DNA of 64,000 nucleotides from contig CBDCJV010000002.1 of the NCBI GenBank assembly GCA_965217895.1, positions 2,432,001 to 2,496,000 on the forward strand, in the 5' to 3' direction. Made by a program: the position numbers and the translations under genes. Of the stretch, positions 21,277 through 29,000 are shown in pieces; within the stretch, counting starts at the first letter, position 1; every line of letters starts with the position of its first letter. The DNA is from Waterburya sp. Lineage in GTDB: Bacteria > Cyanobacteriota > Cyanobacteriia > Cyanobacteriales > Xenococcaceae. The notes under the pieces are model-generated. The model had not been told where the DNA came from, searched no databases, and was given only the letters and a program-made list of their open reading frames with translations.

Positions 21277-21609
21277 ATGGCTGCAAAATTAAAACCATGT
21301 TCAGAATCTAGTCTCACCGATCGTTATCAAACGACTGTGCCTGAACCTGTTCGTAAAGTCCTTGACTTAAAAAAGCGCGATAAAATTAGCTATACCATTG
21401 AGTCTGACGGAAAAGTGGTAATGTCTCGTGTTGAAAATAAAATAAGCGATCCTATATTAGGTAAGTTTCTCAACTTTCTTGCTCATGATCTTGCCAAAAA
21501 TCCTCAGCATCTACAAGCAATTAGCTCTGGTTTAGTAAATCATGTTCAATCCTTAGTCTCTGAGGTTGAGATCGATCTTGATGCACCACTCTTGGACGAG
21601 GATGAATAA
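21277..21609 (+). CDS. prlF: Type II antitoxin, PrlF/SohA family (AbrB-like)
   Basis: SSLTDRYQTTVPEPVRKVL, DPILGKFLNFLAHD, acidic IDLDAPLLDEDE tail. Start set at MAAKL (21277). Confidence 0.92.
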   Translation: MAAKLKPCSESSLTDRYQTTVPEPVRKVLDLKKRDKISYTIESDGKVVMSRVENKISDPILGKFLNFLAHDLAKNPQHLQAISSGLVNHVQSLVSEVEIDLDAPLLDEDE

Positions 21610-21611
21610 AT

Positions 21612-22109
21612 TTGTCTGTAAAAAAGCCACTAGTGATTAACGGGTGGAACATATTTGCCCATCCTCTTTTTCTCAATCAGTTTGAAGAACTTTTGGCGCA
21701 GGTAGAAGATTTGCGTCAGAAGCATCCTCAAGACTACAAGAAAAAAAATGCTACGAAGCGTTTAGCTGCTATATCAAGGCTAGCATTTGATGTTATTCCT
21801 GAAGATCCGACGCGGAGTGATTATCGCCAAGGCACTACCCTAGGAAGCGATTTTAAACACTGGTTCAGAGCCAAATTTTTTCAACAGTATCGTCTTTTTT
21901 TTCGATATCATCAAGAAAGTAAAATCATTGTCTTTGCTTGGGTCAACGATGAAAAATCTAAACGAGCCTATGATAGCAAAACAGATGCTTATCGAGTGTT
22001 TAAGAAAATGCTTCAAGATGGAAACCCTCCAGACGATTGGAATGATTTACTTAATGATGCAAAAGGTGAAACTAATCGTTTACAGCAAGTAATCAAAACA
22101 AAATTTTAG
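21612..22109 (+). CDS. yhaV: Type II toxin, YhaV family RNase
   Basis: INGWNIFAHPLF, YRQGTTLG, WFRAKFFQQYRLFFRY, AWVNDE, DAYRVF. Lies directly after prlF. Confidence 0.93.
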   Translation: MSVKKPLVINGWNIFAHPLFLNQFEELLAQVEDLRQKHPQDYKKKNATKRLAAISRLAFDVIPEDPTRSDYRQGTTLGSDFKHWFRAKFFQQYRLFFRYHQESKIIVFAWVNDEKSKRAYDSKTDAYRVFKKMLQDGNPPDDWNDLLNDAKGETNRLQQVIKTKF

Positions 22110-22224
22110 CCTAAGCTGGCAAGCTTTTCTCAAGCTGTTGATAGACCATGATTAACTTTTGCTATCAGTCGATCTTTCTCAAGAACTATTGGTCAAAAAG
22201 GAAAAAGTTGTTAAGATTTGTAGC

Positions 22225-23973
22225 ATGGCACATTCACGGCTACAGAAATTAGGCAATTACCTTCGTCCCTACTGGCGAATGGTTTTATTAGGGGGAGTCG
22301 CCCTAGTAATTGTCAATGCTTTAAAGGTTTATATTCCCCTATTAATCCGCGACAGCATCGATCAGTTACAGGGAGAGTTTAGTTTTAATCAATTATCTCG
22401 CTCTGCATTATGGCTGCTATTTTTGTCAGCGGTAATGTGGGGGTTTCGGATGTATTCTCGCGTGTCTATTTTTGGCATAGGTAGACAGGTTGAGTTTAGT
22501 CTTAAGCAGCGAATTTTCCAACATTTACTGACTATTGAACCAGGATATTTTTCAGACAATAGATCGGGCGATTTGATTAACCGCGCCACTAGTGATGTAG
22601 ATAATATTCGCCGTTTAGTGGGGTTTGCTCTATTAAGCTTTATCAACATTATCTTCGCTTATGCTTTCACCTTACCAGCGATGCTCAAGATTGACGTGCG
22701 ACTTAGTTTGCTGGCTGTCGCCGTATATCCAGTCATGTTAATCACGGTACAGTTGTTTAGTGGCAAGATGCGTCGCTACCAACAAGAAGTCCAGGTAGAA
22801 CTTTCTAATTTGAGCGAGCTAATTCAAGAAGACATGAGTGGCATGGCTTTGATTAGAATTTATGCTCAAGAAGGTCAAGAAAGATTAGCATTTAAAGAGA
22901 AGAATCAAAACCTATTAGCGGCAAATCTGAAATTAGCTAGAACTAGAAATTTTTTGTTTCCCATTATCGAAGCTATTTCTTACGTTAGCTTATTAATTCT
23001 TTTATGGTTAGGTACGGAAGCGATCGCTAATGGACAAATTACCGTGGGTGACTTTGTGGCATTAGTTTTGTTTGTCGAAGGATTGGTATTTCCTACTGCT
23101 TTGTTGGGTTTTACCATTACGGCATATCAGCAGGGAGAAGTTAGTATTGATCGAGTTGAAGCAATTACTCAAGCCGAACCAAAAATCAAAAATAGCTCCA
23201 ACTCTATTGTTTTACCTCTAGAAGACATTCAGGGAGAAATTACCGCACGCAACCTTACCTACACTTATCCATGTACTCACAACCCCGCTCTATATGATTT
23301 AAACTTTACAATTAAGCCTGGAGAAACCATTGCCATTGTCGGCTCAATTGGCTCTGGTAAATCTACTCTAGCTAATACTATTCCCCGCTTGCTAAATATA
23401 GAGTCAGGAGAGCTATTTCTCGATAATTACGACATTACTAAGCTAGATCTAGATACTTTAAGAAGAGCGATCGCCTATGTACCTCAAGATAGCTTTTTGT
23501 TTAGCACTAGTATTAAAAATAATATTCGCTACGGTGAGCCATTGAGTGAAAGTTTGGAAGTAGAGCAAGCAGCTAAACAGGCTCAAATTCACCCAGAAAT
23601 CATGTCTTTTCCGCAAGAATACGAAACCTTAGTTGGTGAGCGAGGTATTACTCTATCTGGAGGACAAAGACAGCGTACTGCTCTGGCTAGAGCTTTATTA
23701 GAAGAAGCCAAAGTCTTAATTTTAGATGATGCACTTTCTAGTGTAGATAACGAAACTGCTACCAGGATTCTTAATAGTTTGTCACCTACAAGAGCTAAAA
23801 AAACTGTCATTTTTATCTCCCATCAACTATCGGCTGCGGCAATGTGCGATCGCATTTTAGTGATGGATGAAGGCAAAATTGTCCAAAATGGTACTCACGA
23901 AAGTCTAGTCAAAGAATCAGGACTATATCAATCTTTATGGCAGCAGCACCAGTTGAAAGAAGTGTTAAATTAA
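22225..23973 (+). CDS. ABC exporter, fused permease/ATPase (MdlA-like)
   Basis: TM domain, GSIGSGKST, LSGGQRQR, LILDDALSSVD. Start set at MAHSRL. Confidence 0.92.
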   Translation: MAHSRLQKLGNYLRPYWRMVLLGGVALVIVNALKVYIPLLIRDSIDQLQGEFSFNQLSRSALWLLFLSAVMWGFRMYSRVSIFGIGRQVEFSLKQRIFQHLLTIEPGYFSDNRSGDLINRATSDVDNIRRLVGFALLSFINIIFAYAFTLPAMLKIDVRLSLLAVAVYPVMLITVQLFSGKMRRYQQEVQVELSNLSELIQEDMSGMALIRIYAQEGQERLAFKEKNQNLLAANLKLARTRNFLFPIIEAISYVSLLILLWLGTEAIANGQITVGDFVALVLFVEGLVFPTALLGFTITAYQQGEVSIDRVEAITQAEPKIKNSSNSIVLPLEDIQGEITARNLTYTYPCTHNPALYDLNFTIKPGETIAIVGSIGSGKSTLANTIPRLLNIESGELFLDNYDITKLDLDTLRRAIAYVPQDSFLFSTSIKNNIRYGEPLSESLEVEQAAKQAQIHPEIMSFPQEYETLVGERGITLSGGQRQRTALARALLEEAKVLILDDALSSVDNETATRILNSLSPTRAKKTVIFISHQLSAAAMCDRILVMDEGKIVQNGTHESLVKESGLYQSLWQQHQLKEVLN

Positions 23974-24032
23974 CTTAATTCCGATTTTCAATATTTTTAC
24001 GCTTTAATAATTTAACCAAAAATATTTCTATC

Positions 24033-24065
24033 TCCCTTATCTCGACTAGATGAGGGAATTTTTTT
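24033..24065 (+). terminator. Terminator-like hairpin after the ABC transporter
   Basis: TCCCTTATCT-CGACT-AGATGAGGGA followed by ATTTTTTT. Confidence 0.6.
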
Positions 24066-24110
24066 GTCCATTTTGAACATTTAAACAAAAATTAAATTTG
24101 TCAAGATTAC

Positions 24111-24150
24111 TTTACACATTGTTACAAAACTTGTTATATTTGTTTACAGA
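24111..24150 (+). promoter_or_regulatory. Two tandem HLR1-like (RpaB) direct repeats upstream of ocp
   Basis: TTTACACA-TT-GTTACAAA (24111-24128) and GTTATATT-TG-TTTACAGA (24133-24150), compared with the consensus (G/T)TTACA(T/A)(T/A)-N2-repeat. Confidence 0.65.
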
Positions 24151-24183
24151 AATTAAAAAAACTAGAGTAACGGAGAAATATCT

Positions 24184-25146
24184 GTGCCATTTACTATAGA
24201 TTCCGCCCGTAATATATTCTCATCAAATACTTTAACTGCTGATGCAGTACCAGCTTTGACGGCTAGATTTAATCAACTTAGTGCTGAAGATCAATTGGCT
24301 TGGATTTGGTTTGCTTATTTAGAAATGGGTAAAACTGTTACAGTTGCTGCTCCTGGAGCAGCAAATATGCAGTTTGCCGAGCCTACTCTTGATGAAATTA
24401 AGTCAATGGATTTTCAAGCACAGTCTCAGGTGATGTGCGATTTAGCTAACCATGCAGATACACCAATTTGTCGCACCTATGCTACCTGGAGTCCTAATAT
24501 TAAGCTAGGCTTTTGGTTCAAGCTGGGAGAATGGATGGAGCAGGGTATTGTTGCTCCAATTCCTGAAGGGTATAAGCTGTCTGCCAATGCTAATGCAGTA
24601 TTAACTACGCTTCAAGGATTAGAGTCTGGTCAACAAATTACGGTACTACGCAATACTGTTGTTGACATGGGATTTGACACTGGTAAGATGGGCAACTTCA
24701 AGAGCATTAGCGAACCAGTTGCTCCGCCTACAGAAATGTCCAAAAGAACAAAGGTCAATATAGAGGGCATTAGCAACTCCACTATCTTGAGCTACATGAA
24801 CTTGTTGAATGCCAATGACTTCGATGAGTTGATTAAGCTATTTGCTGATGATGGTGCGCTGCAACCTCCTTTTAAAAAGCCCATTGTTGGTAAAGATAAC
24901 GTTTATAAGTTTTTCAAGGAAGAATGCGCCAATCTAAAATTAGCACCTGAACGCGGTGTTGAAGAATCAGCCGAAGATGGTTACACTCAAACCAAAGTTA
25001 CAGGTAAAGTACAGACCCCTTGGTTTGGTGCTGATGTAGGCATGAATATGTCATGGAGATTTTTGGTCAACTCCGAAAACAAAATCTTCTTTGTGGCGAT
25101 CGATTTGTTAGCATCTCCCAAAGAACTACTTAAGCTGGCTCGTTAG
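24184..25146 (+). CDS. ocp: Orange carotenoid protein (full NTD+CTD, OCP1-type by frp linkage)
   Basis: MPFTIDSARNIF, LSAEDQLAWIWF, KLGFWFKLG, QQITVLR, LQPPF, KVQTPWFG, FFVAIDLLASPKELL. Confidence 0.97.
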   Translation: MPFTIDSARNIFSSNTLTADAVPALTARFNQLSAEDQLAWIWFAYLEMGKTVTVAAPGAANMQFAEPTLDEIKSMDFQAQSQVMCDLANHADTPICRTYATWSPNIKLGFWFKLGEWMEQGIVAPIPEGYKLSANANAVLTTLQGLESGQQITVLRNTVVDMGFDTGKMGNFKSISEPVAPPTEMSKRTKVNIEGISNSTILSYMNLLNANDFDELIKLFADDGALQPPFKKPIVGKDNVYKFFKEECANLKLAPERGVEESAEDGYTQTKVTGKVQTPWFGADVGMNMSWRFLVNSENKIFFVAIDLLASPKELLKLAR

Positions 25147-25273
25147 TTAAAAACCGAGTCTTAGCTAGTCTTGGAACTTCAAAGCCAATCACATTGGTGG
25201 GCAAAGGCTTTGAAGTTTTATAGTTATATTTAGACAAATATTGTAAATTAAATTTCAGTTATTAGTATTACAA

Positions 25274-25594
25274 GTGAGTAAAATTCAATGGTCTCAAACG
25301 GAAGATCAAATAGCAAAACAAGCTTTTCAGACAGCTTATGAAAGAGAAACTTCTACCTTAATTGCCAATGTACGCGATCGCGCTGGTTCAATTACAGAGC
25401 TAGAGGATTTATGGTATTTACACGATCTATTGAGTACCAAAAGGTATGAAATAGACGGCAAGTATGACTATGATTCTTCTACTGCCGTGTTCGATTTTGC
25501 TAAATTGATTAAAGAAGGCTGGCTTAATCTTGAAGATCTTAAAGGTTTAAATGCCGAAATACTGTCTAAAATATCGGCTTTAGTTCGGATGTAA
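25274..25594 (+). CDS. frp: Fluorescence recovery protein
   Basis: WSQTEDQIAKQAF..AYERE, LWYLHDLLSTKRYEIDGKYDY, LIKEGWL. Lies directly after ocp. Confidence 0.95.
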   Translation: MSKIQWSQTEDQIAKQAFQTAYERETSTLIANVRDRAGSITELEDLWYLHDLLSTKRYEIDGKYDYDSSTAVFDFAKLIKEGWLNLEDLKGLNAEILSKISALVRM

Positions 25595-25665
25595 AAGCAG
25601 GGCTATTTCATTCTCGCTCTTCTAGATGAGGGAATTTTCTGTCTAACAAACAAACTTCAATAACC

Positions 25666-25839
25666 ATGAATCAAGCAAAAAATTCCTATATCCGTTGGTT
25701 TGCCGATTTAACTAACAAAGATGTCGAACTTGTGGGGGGCAAAAATGCCTCCCTCGGCGAAATAATTGGCACACTTAAAGAAGAAGATGTTAGAGTCCCT
25801 GACGGTTTTGCGACGACGGCGGAGGCATATCAGCTCTAG
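25666..25839 (+). pseudogene. ppsA: N-terminal remnant (57 aa) of PEP synthase
   Basis: [67 protein letters not shown] and [12 protein letters not shown] are PpsA hallmarks. Confidence 0.85.
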
Positions 25840-26013
25840 GGCTGCCGTCAGGTACATCACTCAAAGCTTGCTGTACATCACTCGATTTGCCCACAGCGAA
25901 TCTACTCCGACCAAGTATAAAGGCTTGTCATTGTTTGGCAGTTGCAGTTGAACCGCTTTATTTTCTAATACTTTTATACTAGCAGGTTCTAAAGCTGTTT
26001 CCACCTTTCTAGT
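25835..26013 (-). pseudogene. Internal remnant of a YkuE/YaeI-like metallophosphoesterase
   Basis: Minus strand reads TRKVETALEPASIKVLENKAVQLQLPNNDKPLYLVGVDSLWANR, then a frameshift, then [15 protein letters not shown]. Confidence 0.55.
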
Positions 26014-26084
26014 TAATTATCAGCATTTCAAAAATAAATAAAGGCGATCGCTATTTAAAGCTATATATTGACAGCTTGGAAAAC

Positions 26085-29000
26085 TTATTGACAAAGTTTT
26101 TGCTCAGTTGGCTTTACATTAGGATTAGTTGAGAGATAATCAGACAAGCGATCGCATCCTTGAGTTAAAAGATTATCTAAGTCTAGATTCCACCAGAATA
26201 AACCCTGTTGTTCTTCGCCACTAATAATTGATCGATCATCGCTACTAAAAGCCAGGCTATTTATCTGGCTGGTATGTCCCCGCAGAATTTTAATCAACTC
26301 CCCTGTTGCGGTATTCCAGAGTTTAATATTGCGATCGCCACTTCCTGACGCTAAAACCGTACCATCGGTATTAAAGCTGATGGTAATTACTCCGTCTTGA
26401 TGTCTCAAAGTATGCAGTAACTTGCTGCTTTTCCCTACATCGTCAATTGACCAAAGCTTGACTGTATTGTCCCAACTTCCAGAGGCTAAGGTTTTACCAT
26501 CAGGGGTAAATGCCAAGGAAGTAATTGCTAGTTTATGTGCATCAATTGTTTGTAATAATTCCCCTGCGATCGACCACAGTTTAATAGTGTTATCATAACC
26601 GCCAGAAGCAATTATTTTGCCGTCGGGACTAATACTAACTGCTTTAATACTATCAGTATGTCCTGTTAAAGTTTTAATTAGCTTTGGTTTATTTATTATG
26701 TTCCAGATTTTGATAGTTTTGTCTTCACTTCCAGAAATCAAAGTCTGATTATCAGGACTAAAAGCAATACTGTTGACTCCATCTTTATGCCCTTTCAAGG
26801 TATTAATTAATTTACCGCTTTCAGCATTCCAAAGTTTTATAGTTTTATCCCAACCACTAGAAGCAATTAACTTGCCGTTGGGACTATATTTAATTTGTGA
26901 TATAGTATTTTTAGATGCTTTAAAAGTACGAATCAATTCTTGCCTTCCATCAGCATTGTTGCGCCAGATATTAATTTTGCCATCTTCACTAGCAGCATAA
27001 ATATTAGAAGCTGTAGGAGAAACAGCAACACTAGAAATAGCTTCAGCTTGATTTGAATAGCGATTAAAAACTTGCCAAATTCTAACGGTTTTATCAACAC
27101 CAGTTGAAATTAGTTCATATTTATTTTTTTCTTTACTAGGAATAAACTTAACGTCTAAAACTTCTCCTGTGTGTCCATTTAAAGTCTGTTGTAAAATCCC
27201 TTCTTTACTCCAAATATTGACTTTCCCATCGGTAGTTGAGGTAGCTATTAGTTTGCTATCTTGACTAATACTGACGCTATCAACTGGTGCTTGATGAGAG
27301 TAAGAGTTAATCAGTTGATTGTCAGATTTTGACCTAAGTTCAACTATTGTTTCATCTTTGATGCTGACTAGGTAATCACTCTTCTTAGTAGAAATATTAT
27401 TTGGTTCTAAACTAGGATTGTAAATTTTATTTCGACCCCAAAAAGCAGGATTTTCTCGCGCTTCTTTTTTAGTAAAAGTCTTAAGCAATTTACCCTTTTT
27501 ATTCCAAATTTCAACACTTTGGTCATCACTTGCAGTAGCAATTAGTTCAGCATTATCATTTACAGTAACTGCATTTACTGCTTGACTATAACCTTCAAGG
27601 CGATTTAGTTCTTGAGTGCCATAAATAGACTGCTGAAGAGTTGCGGTAGTTTTAGTCTTAGTTTCTTGCCAGTTATCTTCACCAACTAAAGCTTTACCTA
27701 AGTTATTTATTTGCTTAAATTGTTTTCCTGCTTTAACGCTTGTAGTTAAAGACTCCAACTGTTGATTAGATAATAATTGCGCTTCGGCAACGGAATTTAG
27801 ACTATCAATATTTTCAATTTGCGTAATTAGTTTCTGACGATAGGCACTAACACCAAAAGCTGTCGCAGCTATTCCTAAAATGCCTAAAGCGGTTGCGGTC
27901 AATTGTGTTTTACGTAAACGCTTTTTTGTTTCTTTTTGTTCTGCTAGTCTGGCATCAATACAGGTAGCCACATATTCTTTAGCAGTATCTGATAACTCAT
28001 CAGTGTATTGAATAAATATTTCTTCTGCTTCAGCTAAACGAATACCCCGCAAGAGAAAGTCATCTTGGCAATCTTTTTGTTGCCATAGTATTGCTGCTTG
28101 TTCGATCTGACGTTGCGATCGCAATCTAGATCTGTTTTCCTCTAACCACCAGCGCAAACTTGACCAATGACGAATTAATATTTCATGGACAACTTCCACT
28201 GTTGCCTCTTGGCGCATGGCTTCGAGGAATAATTTATCGTCTTCGGGGGAATTAGCTAGGCTACGGCTTTGTCCTAAGTTGCTACCATCATCTAGATTAA
28301 CTACCAGCAGCTTGGCATCAGTGAGAAGGCGCAGAGTTCTGTTAACTAAAGCTTCAGGGTATTTGGCGACGATTAAATCAGATTTGGCAACCCGACGACG
28401 AGTATCTTCTGTACCCTCTCCCAGTTGAGTTAGATTCAGAAAAATCCAGCGCGCACAGTCTTGAGATGGAGGATCGAGATTATCATATACTGCCTGTGCC
28501 TGTCTTTCTAATGCACCCTTGATTCCTCCCAATTCTTGATATGCCTGGAGGGTTAATTTGCCGTTGTGGCGACGTGACCATAGTTGCTGCAAGGCAAACT
28601 GCAACAGGGGTAAATCGCCTGCGGAACGATCTAAATCTTTTAATAGTACTTCGACTAAACCCGATTCAACCTGCAAGCCAACCTGTTGGGCAGGTTTGAT
28701 AATAGCACTACGATAATCGGCTTCTGTGAGATAAGGCGGTACTAAAATACTGTTATTTTGCAATATTTGGGTTAATTCGGATATTTCTAAGCAAGAAGCG
28801 ACAAAATCAGCACGAATAGTTAAAACCAATTTAAAGCGATCGCCTGCGTATTTAATTGCGCCTAAAATTAATTTGATAAACTCTTGACGTTCTCTCTCTC
28901 CTGCTAGAGTAAACAACTCTTCAAACTGGTCAATTACCAGTAATACCATCGGTTCTGTACGAGTTCTTAGCCAACAGACAAATCCTTCTACTCCTTGGTA

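Noticed and set aside
25766..25951. 61-aa ORF from the track
   Set aside because: Out-of-frame shadow across the ppsA/phosphoesterase scar.
26085..27660. Diversity-generating retroelement acting on the WD40 or TPR repeats
   Set aside because: No reverse transcriptase and no near-identical template/variable repeat pair seen in the window.
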